DNA of 64,000 bases from an uncultured delta proteobacterium (GTDB lineage Bacteria > Desulfobacterota > Syntrophia > Syntrophales > UBA2185): NCBI GenBank assembly GCA_963695875.1, contig CAVOID010000014.1:64001-128000 (forward strand), read 5' to 3'. Every line of letters begins with the position of its first letter. The first letter of the stretch is position 1. Shown in pieces: positions 33,872 through 44,954 of the stretch. The translations under genes and the position numbers were made by a program. The notes beneath the pieces are model-generated. The model made no database searches, was not told the DNA's origin, and saw only the letters and a program-made list of their open reading frames with translations.

Positions 33872-34927
33872 ATGATTATCCCATTTTTCATTATGAATCA
33901 AGGTTGTCCGAACCGATGTATTTTCTGCAATGTGCATAAGACTGCCGGAAAGCTTACCGGGATAATTACAGAGAACACCTTCCGGGAAACTATACACAAA
34001 TACCTCCATCATAAAAAACAAAAGAGAGATCATGTCCAGATTGCTTTTTACGGCGGTAATTTCACAGGCATGGAGAAAAGTTACCAGACTGAACTGCTGA
34101 TGTTTGCCGGTCCATTCATCACAGAGGGTCTGGTGCATGACGTGAGGATCTCCACAAGACCGGACAATATAGACAATGAACACCTGGATATTCTCAAACG
34201 CTTCGGTGTTACAACCGTCGAAATCGGCGCCCAATCCCTGGTAGATGAGGTACTGAGTCTTTCAAATAGAGGCCATTCATCTGCCGACGTGATGAATGCC
34301 ATGGAGGTGCTCAAGGACTGGGGGTTTAAAACGGGAATACATCTCATGGTAGGACTTCCGGGAGACAGCCGATCGGGATTTGAATATACAGTAAGTGAGA
34401 CCATTGCCCTTAAGCCGGATATGGTCAGGATTCACCCCACTGTTGTCTTTCGGGATACAGTCCTGGCCGAGCTTTATTGCAGCGGAGCTTATACGCCTCT
34501 CGGTATGTCTGAAGCCATCGACCTGTGCAAGTATGCAGCGCAGCGATTTGAAGAGGCTAATATCCCCATTATTCGCCTCGGTCTGCAGACAACCCGGGAA
34601 ATGGAGAAAGCCGGCAGTATCATTGCGGGTCCATATCATCCGGCATTTCGCTCACTGGTTGAAGAATCCATTTTTTTCGACATGGCTTCTTCTTTGCTCA
34701 TCAACGGAGGGGTGCTCGACGAAGAAGTAATTTTTACAGTATCTCCGAAAGATGTCTCTTCCTTCCATGGCCATAAAAACAAAAATATGTACACACTTGA
34801 AGGAACGGTACAATCTGACCGGAATAAATGTTTCCGTGGACCCTGGCCAGGAAAGGGGAACTCTAGCCATGACAGTGACCGGCATGAAAACAAAGATAAA
34901 CAGGTTCGATCATCAAAAGGACTTTAA
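33872..34927 (+). CDS. Elp3/YhcC-like radical SAM protein
   Basis: GCPNRCIFCN, AFYGGNFT, RISTRPD, EIGAQS, AGPYHPAF. Confidence 0.85.
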   Translation: MIIPFFIMNQGCPNRCIFCNVHKTAGKLTGIITENTFRETIHKYLHHKKQKRDHVQIAFYGGNFTGMEKSYQTELLMFAGPFITEGLVHDVRISTRPDNIDNEHLDILKRFGVTTVEIGAQSLVDEVLSLSNRGHSSADVMNAMEVLKDWGFKTGIHLMVGLPGDSRSGFEYTVSETIALKPDMVRIHPTVVFRDTVLAELYCSGAYTPLGMSEAIDLCKYAAQRFEEANIPIIRLGLQTTREMEKAGSIIAGPYHPAFRSLVEESIFFDMASSLLINGGVLDEEVIFTVSPKDVSSFHGHKNKNMYTLEGTVQSDRNKCFRGPWPGKGNSSHDSDRHENKDKQVRSSKGL

Positions 34928-34984
34928 CTGAATCTCAAAAACGTTCAGCAAAACATAATTTAACTCTATTGATAGATATTATAG

Positions 34985-35879
34985 ATGTTCAAATCAGGCT
35001 TTATCGGCATTATCGGCAGACCTAACGTGGGGAAATCAACCCTTCTCAATGCGATCATCGGCGAAAGGATTGCCATAACTACCCATAAACCGCAGACTAC
35101 ACGAAACAGAATCATGGGTATAAAGAATATTGAAGACGGCCAACTTATATTCCTCGACACACCGGGCATTCATAAGGCGACAACACCGTTAAATCAATTT
35201 ATGGTAACCGAGGCGACGGATACCTTCAGAAGCGCTGACATTCTCCTCCTGCTCGCAGAGGCAACTTCAGGTGTTCATCGCGACGATCAGTTGATTATTG
35301 ATTCTCTGAGGAACATTAGGACTGCCCGTTATTCTGCTGATCAACAAGATTGACCTTATCAGGAAGATAAACATACTTCCCGTTATCGACCAATTCAGGC
35401 ACCTTTTTTCTTTTTCCCAGATCATACCGATCTCCGCTCTCACCGGTGACGGGTTCCCCGTTCTGATAGAACAGATATTGAAGCTTCTGCCTGAGGGCCC
35501 CAGATACTTCCCTGAAGATATGATGACAGACCGGACCGAGCGTTTCATCGCGGCGGAGATCATCCGGGAAAAGATCATCTTATTGACCCATCAGGAAATC
35601 CCTTACACAACAGCAGTAGTCGTGGATTCGTTCAAAGAAGATGAAAAGAAAAATCTGATTCGCATGCAGGCAACGATCACTGTGTCAAAAGACTCACAGA
35701 AAGGCATCTTGATCGGCAAAAAGGGAAGCATGCTGAAAAAGATCGGCACCCAAGCGAGAACGGACATGGAAAAATTCTTTGCCGCCAAGATTTACCTGGA
35801 GTTGTTTGTCCGGGTAAGAAAGGACTGGACCCACGATGCACACATGCTCAGGGAATTCGGTTATACGGAAAAAACATAA
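34985..35879 (+). CDS. era: GTPase Era; frameshift near 35320
   Basis: GRPNVGKSTL, KPQTTR, DTPG, NKID, SQKGILIGKKG. Confidence 0.96.
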
Positions 35880-35913
35880 GCTTAAGCAATAAAAAAACAG
35901 CGATAAGGACACA

Positions 35914-37725
35914 CTATTTCAAACCCAGCTCGGCAATCTTCCAATCAGTCGGGATGCCCTCCCGGGTCCATCCCCGCAACTCGTAGTATGTGTCGAGCAT
36001 GGCATCCAGGTCTTCTTTCGGGCAGTATCTCCCCTTTACAGGTCCATCCGGGATAGGCTCGTTCATGACACGGTATGGAAGGATATCATCTTTCCTGCTC
36101 ACCCCTCGCCTGATATTTATGAGGCGCTCCAGATTGTATATCCTCTCGCCGATCTTCTCTAACTCGGCAAGAGTAATATCCCAGCCTGTTACATAACCCA
36201 CGATCTTTGCAATGTCATCATTGAGAGGCGTCCCCAATCCTCTCTCAGCAATAAAGCGACACACGATAAGTGAATCCCCGACCGCCGTGAAACATTGATT
36301 ACTCTGTATATACTTCGGCTGCGGCTCAAATCCAGGGTCGGGATCTGCGGTTGCATAATTGGGCCTGCCATCATGGTGACTGCCGCCTCTTGTTGACGTG
36401 GAATATGACAGCGACATGCCTCTTAAGCCGCGTGCAGAGTGACCCGCAACTTCGAGACCTTTGACGGTATAAAGATATTTGTATGCATCCTTGTCGAATC
36501 TCTCCGCAATGCGCGCCGACCCCACTGCAAGAAGAGCTCCTATGCCTTCTCTCCTTGCTGTCTTTTTGATCAGATCTACCATCGCTTCTCCATCCGCAAA
36601 ATTGACTCTCCCCCCTACTTCTTTTTCAGAGATAATTCCTTTTTCCATACATTCTGCAACAAAGGACAGCGTGACTCCCATGGAGATAGTGTCTATACCC
36701 ATCAAATCACATGCATGATTACAGTTGATGATGGAGTCAATATCACGGTTATCCATCATGGAGCCAATTGCATACAGTGTCTCATATTCCGGCATCTTAA
36801 CAACTTTGCCGGCATATTCACCCTTGGTTGCACTAACATTTTTGCCGCACGCCACGGGACAGCCAAAGCAGGCAGTATCTTTGTTCCAGTATTTCTCCTT
36901 CATCAGTTCGCCGCTGATGTCCTGGGGATATGCAAAAACTTCTTTGCTGTTATTTCTCGTACCCAGCATGCCCTTGGAATTGATGACATTTACAAGAACC
37001 GGCGTTCCAATGGTGCTCAATACTTTCGTATTCTCCTTAAAGGCAGGGTATTTTTCTTTCAGAAGGTCCGTCAGCGCTTGCCGGTCGGCGATATTAGTTC
37101 TTTTTTCACCTCGGGCGACAACTGCTTTGATTTTTTTTGCTCCCATGACGGCACCGATGCCGGCCCGTCCGGCTGCACCGGGCCTGACTCCTCCCAGTAC
37201 GATGTTGGCAAAGAGCACTTCGTTTTCTCCCGCAGGCCCAATTGCAGCGCACACTGCCCCCCTTCCCTCTATTGCTTCGAGCACGGCGATGGTCTCTTCC
37301 GTAGTCTTACCCCATAGGCGAGAACCATCTTTGATTTCTGCACCTCCCTCTGCAACTAAAAGATAAACGGGTTTTGACGAAGCCCCGGTAATGTAAATGG
37401 CGTCAAAACCTGTCCTCTTCTGTGCGGTGCCGAATTTTCCTCCATAATTAGAGTCAGCGAATATCCCCGTCAGCGGCGATATCGATGCCACGTGTCCTCT
37501 GCTGGTTCCCCACACAGGTGTATCCGTCAATGGTCCCACGGAAAAAACAACGGCATTATCAGGTCCAAGCGGATCCGCGTTGAAAGGAACATTATCGTAA
37601 ATGAGCTTTGCTGCCAGACCGTTTCCGCCCAGAAACATCCTGGCCGTTGATTCATCATAGATTTCTTCTTTTACTTCCCCTGTACTTAAATTTACTTTTA
37701 GGATTCGTCCATTATTCCCGTACAT
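35914..37725 (-). CDS. Aldehyde:ferredoxin oxidoreductase family (W/Mo-bis-pterin)
   Basis: SPLTG, IGPAGEN, GRAGIGAVMGAKKIKAV, CFGCPVAC, PEYET, DLMGIDTIS, YYELRGW. Confidence 0.93.
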   Translation of the reverse strand: MYGNNGRILKVNLSTGEVKEEIYDESTARMFLGGNGLAAKLIYDNVPFNADPLGPDNAVVFSVGPLTDTPVWGTSRGHVASISPLTGIFADSNYGGKFGTAQKRTGFDAIYITGASSKPVYLLVAEGGAEIKDGSRLWGKTTEETIAVLEAIEGRGAVCAAIGPAGENEVLFANIVLGGVRPGAAGRAGIGAVMGAKKIKAVVARGEKRTNIADRQALTDLLKEKYPAFKENTKVLSTIGTPVLVNVINSKGMLGTRNNSKEVFAYPQDISGELMKEKYWNKDTACFGCPVACGKNVSATKGEYAGKVVKMPEYETLYAIGSMMDNRDIDSIINCNHACDLMGIDTISMGVTLSFVAECMEKGIISEKEVGGRVNFADGEAMVDLIKKTARREGIGALLAVGSARIAERFDKDAYKYLYTVKGLEVAGHSARGLRGMSLSYSTSTRGGSHHDGRPNYATADPDPGFEPQPKYIQSNQCFTAVGDSLIVCRFIAERGLGTPLNDDIAKIVGYVTGWDITLAELEKIGERIYNLERLINIRRGVSRKDDILPYRVMNEPIPDGPVKGRYCPKEDLDAMLDTYYELRGWTREGIPTDWKIAELGLK

Positions 37726-37948
37726 AGGTCGCCTCCTTTGCATTGACTAAGCGAGGAAAAAATTGTCACAATTAACTGAATATGCTACTAAATATTAAAG
37801 TTGACTAGACTTTACTGAATTTAATATACCACAGCCTTATAGAATTTCAATAAAAGGTAGCTATCAGGACGGGTTCATGTAAACATCCATAGAAAGACTG
37901 GGTTCAGAAGCCTCTAAGCAAGTAAAATTTAAGGTGAGATAAGGAAAG

Positions 37949-39277
37949 GTGAAACCTGTTATTGCCATCATTGGCAGGCCCAACGTCGGGAAATCGACAT
38001 TATTTAACCGCCTGTCACAGAAAAACAAAGCTATTGTTATTGACGAACCGGGTGCGACGAGAGACCGGAATTATGCTGATTGTACCTGGCATGATAAGGA
38101 ATATACGCTGATCGACACCGGTGGATTCGAACCGGCATCAACAGATCAAATTTTGGTACAGATGCGCGAACAGACACTTCTGGCCATGGAAGAAGCAGAC
38201 ATCATTATCTTCCTCATGGATGGCAGGGAAGGTTTAACACCCGCTGACAGGGACATCACAAATATCCTCCGGGGAGTAAAAACCCCCGTTTTCTTTGTCA
38301 TCAATAAAATCGACGGCCCGAAGAACGAAACCCAGGTTTATGAATTCTATGAACTGGGAACAGAGAAGGTTTACAGCATCTCCGCGCAGCATGGTTTGGG
38401 TATTCATGAACTCATGGATGATGTAGCTTCACATCTTTTTTCTCCGGCCGAAGGACGTATCGATGATGAAAAACGAATCAGGATAGCAGTGATCGGGAAA
38501 CCGAATGTCGGAAAATCATCTCTGGTAAATAAAATCCTTGGATATGAAAGAACTATTGTCAACCCTACACCCGGCACTACGAGAGACGCTATAGATACCC
38601 CTTTCGAGTTTAATAAAAGAAAATATCGCCTGGTTGACACGGCCGGTATCAGGCGAAAAAGCAGAGTAAGTCATGTCCTTGAGAAGTACAGCATCATCCA
38701 GGCGCTTAAGGCCATAGACCGTTGCGATATAGCTTTGCTGCTCATTGATGCCGAGGAAGGAATGACCGAGCAGGATGCCAAAATCGCAGGACTGACGCTC
38801 GAAAGAGGGGTTGCTTGTATCATTGTTGTCAACAAATGGGACGCCATAAAGAAAGATAATTCAACGGTGGGGAATTATGTAAAAGACATCAAAGATACAA
38901 TTAAGTTTATGGATTACGCTCCGATCATCTTCATTTCAGCACTCACCGGTCAGCGGGTATCTAAAATATTTGACATCATTGAAACGGTCCTTAGTCAGTA
39001 CACAAAACGTATAGGTACCGCTGAGCTTAATAGCATTGTAAGAGAATTCCTCGAATCTAAACCGCCACCGCGCCATCAAAACAGAATCAATACTTTCAGC
39101 TATATGACCCAGGTGTCCGTCGCTCCACCCACATTTGTTTTTTTTGTCCGTGCACCAGAGGCCATTCACTTCTCATACAGGCGCTTTCTGATCAACCGGA
39201 TCAGAGAGGCATTCGGTTTCGATCAATCGCCAATCAGGGTTATGTTCAGGAAAAAGAGCAAAACAAAAGAGGAATAA
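37949..39277 (+). CDS. der: Ribosome biogenesis GTPase Der
   Basis: Two G-domains: GRPNVGKS/DTGG/NKID and GKPNVGKS/DTAG/NKWD. Confidence 0.97.
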   Translation: MKPVIAIIGRPNVGKSTLFNRLSQKNKAIVIDEPGATRDRNYADCTWHDKEYTLIDTGGFEPASTDQILVQMREQTLLAMEEADIIIFLMDGREGLTPADRDITNILRGVKTPVFFVINKIDGPKNETQVYEFYELGTEKVYSISAQHGLGIHELMDDVASHLFSPAEGRIDDEKRIRIAVIGKPNVGKSSLVNKILGYERTIVNPTPGTTRDAIDTPFEFNKRKYRLVDTAGIRRKSRVSHVLEKYSIIQALKAIDRCDIALLLIDAEEGMTEQDAKIAGLTLERGVACIIVVNKWDAIKKDNSTVGNYVKDIKDTIKFMDYAPIIFISALTGQRVSKIFDIIETVLSQYTKRIGTAELNSIVREFLESKPPPRHQNRINTFSYMTQVSVAPPTFVFFVRAPEAIHFSYRRFLINRIREAFGFDQSPIRVMFRKKSKTKEE

Positions 39278-39457
39278 AGGAAAAGAAACAGAAATAAAAA
39301 AAGGGATCTTGATGAATTTTATTTCCATAAAAATCCCTTGATTATCCTACGATGTCCAGCTTTTCCAATCTGGAAGGGTTATGAATCTTCACTTCTCCTT
39401 TATACTGAATATTTTGTTCTGTACAGGCGCCGGACGGATATGCCGATCCCGGCCTAG

Positions 39458-39976
39458 TTAGGCACCATCAACATGAGTATGTTCCGTCTTTCTGAACCAG
39501 GAGACCGGATCAGTCAGGAATTCCTCGGTCTCTTTGAGAGAGACATAGTGTTCATGTTCAATATTGGCAAGCAGATTGAAAAATGCCTTTTCCTTCGGGT
39601 CGGAGACTTCGTCACGGAGTTTTGCATAGTACTCCGCACCTTTACCCTCAAATTCGATTGCTACCCGGATGGCCTTCAGGTCATCGGCATCGCCCTTTGC
39701 TGATTTGGGTGCTTTTTTTGCCGCATCTTTCAGGATATTCTTAACAGCAGTCTCTTTAACTTTTAGAGGAACCGTTTCAGGCCATTTCTTATCCTTTTCC
39801 CAGTTCGCGTGGAGCTGTTTCAGCCTCTCATAATGCTCCAGTTCCTCTCCGCCGATTTGCTTAAACATGGCTCTGCCCACGGGATTCTTGGTTCGCTCAG
39901 CATTTTTAAGATAAAATTCATGCTCTTTCATTTCGTTGTTAAGAGCAACCTGCAGTGCATTCAGTCGTTCTTTCAT
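39458..39976 (-). CDS. Rubrerythrin/ferritin-like di-iron protein
   Basis: Paired E...FY...EExxH and E...YY...ExxH motifs. Confidence 0.8.
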   Translation of the reverse strand: MKERLNALQVALNNEMKEHEFYLKNAERTKNPVGRAMFKQIGGEELEHYERLKQLHANWEKDKKWPETVPLKVKETAVKNILKDAAKKAPKSAKGDADDLKAIRVAIEFEGKGAEYYAKLRDEVSDPKEKAFFNLLANIEHEHYVSLKETEEFLTDPVSWFRKTEHTHVDGA

Positions 39977-40232
39977 GGTTAGCCTCCTTATCGATGTTCA
40001 AGTCTGTCAGTTAATAAAATTGCTTATTAATTTATATAATGCCGTAATACCTTCCTGTCAAGAAGACAAAAAAAACTGATGCCCTGATTAAGGTGATCAT
40101 GACTTAAATTGCCGTACGCCGCATCGCTTGCCCTGAGATTGTGTAAGGAATGATATGGCACAACATGGCAGGAGCCTGCGTAGCCCCGTCTTCGAGGGGT
40201 AAACCCCGGCAGGGGGATTTTTTCCGAACCCG

Positions 40233-41042
40233 TCAGTATTTGCCGGGGAAATTTGGCTTGCGTTTTTCCTTCTGAGCAAGAATACCTTCGCGCGCATCCG
40301 CACTTCCGAATATAGGTAGACCGATCTCGACTTCTCTCTTGAAGGCATCGGCATAAGACATATCTTGTGTTTCCCGAAAACATTTAATAATTCCCTGAAC
40401 GGCAAGGGGACCATTTCCAGCAATTTTATCAGCCAGTTCCACGGCCTTCTTCATCAGATCGTCCTGAGATGGCACTACATGATTGATAAAACCCCAGTCG
40501 CACAGCGTTCTCGCACGGAAATTACCTGATGTCAAAAGGATTTCCAGAGCCCTGCATGGTGTCATAATGCGGGGCAGATATATATTCCCGCCACCAATTG
40601 GCATGATCCCCAGGCTGGCCTCTCTCATTTGAAAAATTGCATTTTCGGACGCGATCCGTAGGTCCGCACCCATGATCATCTCGAATCCCCCTGTCAGGCA
40701 GAAACCGTTGACAGCGGCAATTACCGGTTTTTTTACGATATTGGGCTTTAACATAGCCTCTCCAACTTGCTGTCCCACCTGTATCAGCCATCGCTCCGCA
40801 TCGCTCTCAGGCTTCCTGGCCCTTGTGAGCACGGGAACAGCTGTCTTCAGGTCCATGCCGGCACAAAAGATATCGGGCATACAGGAATAGAGTATAACAA
40901 CCCGCATTTTCTCATCTTGGTTGACGTCCGCCCATGTACGATGCAGATCCATCAAGATTCCAGGATCAAGGGCATTTTTTTCCTCAGGGCGATTAAGACC
41001 TACTTTTGCAATATGTCCTTCCTTCTCATAAACTAATCCCAT
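40233..41042 (-). CDS. Enoyl-CoA hydratase/isomerase
   Basis: LNRPEEKNAL, FCAGMDLK, KPVIAAVNGFCLTGGFE, EKRKPNF. Confidence 0.92.
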   Translation of the reverse strand: MGLVYEKEGHIAKVGLNRPEEKNALDPGILMDLHRTWADVNQDEKMRVVILYSCMPDIFCAGMDLKTAVPVLTRARKPESDAERWLIQVGQQVGEAMLKPNIVKKPVIAAVNGFCLTGGFEMIMGADLRIASENAIFQMREASLGIMPIGGGNIYLPRIMTPCRALEILLTSGNFRARTLCDWGFINHVVPSQDDLMKKAVELADKIAGNGPLAVQGIIKCFRETQDMSYADAFKREVEIGLPIFGSADAREGILAQKEKRKPNFPGKY

Positions 41043-41464
41043 AATGCTCTCCTTTCAGAATTCTTCAAAAGAAACTCGTGACAACATGGCGGGCTTCCCA
41101 TCAAGAAAAATATTCATACAAGGTACAGCTTGTGTATCAATCCTGTTTTCGCTCCGGATCTGTGGCATATGGAAGCTATTATCAGATTTAAATTGTGACC
41201 TCAAGACGAATGTATTTGCCTTTTTAACTTTGCATTAAAGGATTCTCTTTCAATTCAAATAGCCTACACGTAGGGTGGGGTGCCCCGCCAAAAAGGTATT
41301 TATAGTCTGTAAGTTTTTACATATTTATGATATTTATAGCAGGAATTGACACACTCATTCCTTTCATGGAGTGTTTCACTCATAAGCTATACTGCGTGAA
41401 CTTTCTGTCATAAAAGGATGTATTTTACATAGTACGGCCTTAACTAACAGGAGATCTCCCTAAA

Positions 41465-42325
41465 GTGGATGATGAAAAAGCACAACTAATTCTTGCAGAT
41501 ATAGAAGATAAGATATTCGATAAGGTTAATCTGGGCTTTGATCCGGAGGTGCTTGATGTACTTGATAATCCCGATGTGAGCGATAGGGAAATCGAGCTCC
41601 TGAAGGCGAAGATAGGGGATGACATTATGGTTAGGCTTTTTGGTATAGCTAACTCAGTTCATTACGGACAGCTCAGGAGGGGATCTGTCGATACATTTTA
41701 CAAAGTTGTATCCAGGCTGGGGATGGACTTCACGAGAGTCCTCATCATCTTCCTGGCATTTGCCGCCCTGTCTAAGGATAAGGAAGTGAAGATTATTTTC
41801 GCCAAAAGTTTTGCAACTTCCATACTTGGCGGCAAAATATTGGCAAAGGAATTCGGCCTCAGGGATAATGATGCAAAAAAAGTAGAACTTGGCGGGCTCC
41901 TCCTCGAAATTGGCAAGATTATTATCGCAGTATACAGGTCGCTTTATAACGATGACTATGTGCAGGCAGAAATTGGAGAAGATTTTATTTCTGTATATCA
42001 TTCACACTTAGGTGTAAAAATCATTGAGAAATTTAACTTGCCGGAATTCCTGAAGGACATGATTTCCATGGAGTGCCTCACTCTCGAGACAGAGCTTATT
42101 TCCTTATCCGGCATAGTTATGGTGGCCTATAGCATTGTAGACTTGAGTTTCCGAAGATTCGGTAATAAGCTCGTCATCGCCTCACCAATGCCTGATCCGG
42201 ATGGGACGGTGGCACATACAATAGGTGCGGTTATCGAGGATACATTTAAGGCCGTAGGGCTAGGGGGGTATATTGAGATTATAAGGCAGCCCTTGCCAAA
42301 TCGAAGTTGGCCTGCGGAGGAATAG
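41465..42325 (+). CDS. HDOD-domain protein (degenerate HD motif)
   Basis: ANSVHYG, VVSRLG, GLLLEIGK (for GLLHDIGK), HSHLG...FNLP. Confidence 0.8.
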   Translation: MDDEKAQLILADIEDKIFDKVNLGFDPEVLDVLDNPDVSDREIELLKAKIGDDIMVRLFGIANSVHYGQLRRGSVDTFYKVVSRLGMDFTRVLIIFLAFAALSKDKEVKIIFAKSFATSILGGKILAKEFGLRDNDAKKVELGGLLLEIGKIIIAVYRSLYNDDYVQAEIGEDFISVYHSHLGVKIIEKFNLPEFLKDMISMECLTLETELISLSGIVMVAYSIVDLSFRRFGNKLVIASPMPDPDGTVAHTIGAVIEDTFKAVGLGGYIEIIRQPLPNRSWPAEE

Positions 42326-42401
42326 CACTTTGGTTGATTGCGAAACCTTGAATAACTTCAGGAAGCGTATTTAAATTTCTATTTTTAAGCATATATAAAA
42401 T

Positions 42402-42430
42402 TTGACAAGGAAAGACCCATCTAGTATATA
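42402..42430 (+). promoter_or_regulatory. Sigma70-like promoter
   Basis: TTGACA-N17-TATATA, ~410 bp upstream of the PilZ gene. Confidence 0.45.
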
Positions 42431-42838
42431 TGTAAAACATTCGCTGACAAATTATATTCTTATGCCTATTATTCGGGAATAAAGAGCCTAATAAAAGGTA
42501 TGCCAGCTCCTCATTCCGCAGTAAAGCGTTGGGGAATGCTACTTACAGGGGTTAGATATTTCGGGGAAGAGCAGAAGGTGTTTCTAGATCCATATTTATG
42601 ATTATCCGTGTGAATTTAGACCACCGACGACTGCAACATCATTAATAGTCCCCTCCCGATCCGATATCACATTAGTTTGTTTCACAGAAATCGACTTTCT
42701 GCCTTCTGTGCTGTATTTACTGTCTAAGTCTTACACCCAAAACGATCTTTTAAAAAAAAGAGGCATCTAAGACATTCATCAATAAGACTCTCTTACTACT
42801 ATAAATTTATATATAAAATAATTTTGGCACTTATATAA

Positions 42839-44931
42839 ATGGAAGAAAAAAAGAATTGGCAGAATTTTCTTACTGATATCAGAACATTTAGGAAAAAATC
42901 TGATGAAGACTTCCTGCCGCCGTGGCTTTTCCAGCATGATGCCCTGTTTGACGCACTTGAATCTGCCAGCAGTATTGAAAAAGAAAAGCTGATAAATATA
43001 CTAAATCATGTTAATTTTACCGGAGGTTATGTCCGCGTCCTGTTGCGCAATGCCAAGTATGAGGAAGGAATTCTTGTAAATGCCATTCCCGAAGGTTGTC
43101 TGGAGGATGAATTAACCTGCTCATGGGATAAAGGTTACGCCAGTTTCGGCCTTGAAAATTTCCAGCTCCAATATCTGATAGTAACAGAATATCAGTCTAT
43201 CATAATTATACCTGCTAAATTGCTAAGTATAAGCAACACAGGATTTCAAACCCTGCTACCGGAAAAGAGCTATGTTCTAAGCAGGCGCGGGACAAATCGT
43301 TTCGCCTGCCGGGATGTTACCGTAGATTTAATGCAGAGTGGTTTTCTGGCCAGAGGCAGCCTGGTTGATTTCAGCCCCGACTCTTTTCGTATAAATGTTA
43401 ATCCTGAAACACACTCTTCACATCATTGTTTTAATCCGGATGTTACATCAACAATCCGATTAAACAGCAATGGTAAAATGATTTTTTCCGGAAACTGTTA
43501 CTTTATAAGACAAAAGCATGATCTTCTCGACTGGGAAATTGTACTTGCTCCTCTGATTAAACAAATCAAACGCTTCCAGATGAGAACGGTTCGCCATCCC
43601 CGCCGTCAGATTTTCCCACCGCCGGTTGCGACATTTGAGCATCCATTTTTCAAAAGGAAGGTCCAACTCGAAGTATTCAATATCTCCACAACAGGATTTT
43701 CTGTATTTGACGACTTGGGGGACGGAGTATTAGTACCGGGAATGGTCATTCATGAGCTATCAATAATATATGCCGGAGAATTAAAGATGAACTGTATGGC
43801 CCAGGTACTCTATCGCCAGAAGCAGAATGAAAATAAAATCTGCTGCGGTATTGCCATTCTGGATATGGACATCCACAGTTACAGCCGTTTGAATCGCATC
43901 CTCAGTTTAAACATGGACCCCCACACCTATATTTCTACTGAAGTGGACATGGACGCCCTCTGGGAATTCTTTTTCGATACCGGTTTTATATACCCCAAAA
44001 AGTATAAATTACTCCAAAACCATCGAGAAGAATTTAAAAATACTTACAGGAAGCTCTATCAGGAGAACCCTGAGATTGCCATGCACTTTACTTATGAACA
44101 ACACGGGCGCATCTATGGTCATATGTCCATGATACGAGCCTATGAGCATGCCTGGATGATACATCACCATGCAGCAAGGCCGATAGAAAACAAACGGCCA
44201 GGTTTCCAGGTTTTAAAACAGATGATACTTTTTTTGTACGGTATGTACCATTTGCCTTCTGCAAAAATGGATTATATTATGTGTTACTTCCGCCCAGAAA
44301 ATAAATTTCCTGACCGTGTCTTCGGTGGTTTTGCAAGGGAACTGAACAACCCCCGTATCTGTTCGCTTGATCTTTTCTCTTACGTGGCATTTCCTGTGGC
44401 AACACCGCAGAACCAATTGTCGCCAGGGTGGTCATTGCATGAAAGTACCCATTCCGAATTGTGGGAGTTAGAACAATTTTACAAATATTACTCCGGTGGC
44501 TTATTGTTGGATGTATTGAATTTAACACATAAGGACACTGTCGATGAATCCCTGGAAAATGTTGCTCAAAGACTCGGTTTCATAAGAAAATGGAAGACCT
44601 ATTCTCTTGTCAACAAGGGTTGTTTAAAGGCTGTTTTGATTGTAAATCAGTCCGATGTGGGGGTAAATTTATCCGAGCTTTTAAACGGCATAAAAGCCCT
44701 TGATAATCGACCCGGAAAATCTGCCGTGGGAAGTGCTTTCCACTTGCCACTGCACAACTGACAGGAGTTTATCAACTTGACAATATTCCCCTACTAATCT
44801 ATCCATCTATTTATGCCGATATTATAAACATGCCTTGCGAAAAGAAATATCACCTATGGATTACTTATATGCGACACTCCAACAAATTTTTGGAGTACAT
44901 GCACCAAAGATTCAGAATGAATTATGAGTAG
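42839..44931 (+). CDS. Multi-PilZ-domain protein with a C-terminal GNAT-like region; frameshift near 44700
   Basis: RRGTNR...DFSPDSF and RHPRR...NISTTGFS PilZ-type motifs; C-terminal GHMSMIRAYEHAWMIHHHAA...YFRPENKFP; alternate frame ends ...RFRMNYE* at 44931. Confidence 0.65.
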
Positions 44932-44954
44932 TGGCTTTAATACTAAACATTAAA

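Noticed and set aside
36439..37366. Long antisense ORFs (36439-37317, 36725-37366, 18717-19430, 63094-63708)
   Set aside because: Shadows of well-supported genes on the opposite strand, with no motifs of their own
40150..40225. GC-rich hairpins downstream of the enoyl-CoA hydratase as an ncRNA
   Set aside because: No recognisable family motif and no second copy in the window; could be a terminator or repeat remnant
42470..42540. Possible c-di-GMP-I riboswitch in the long leader of the PilZ gene (gagcctaa...gtatgccagc)
   Set aside because: Only a fragment resembles the motif; the GGCAAA/GNRA-stem/GCAAA 5' half is missing. An Rfam scan would be needed
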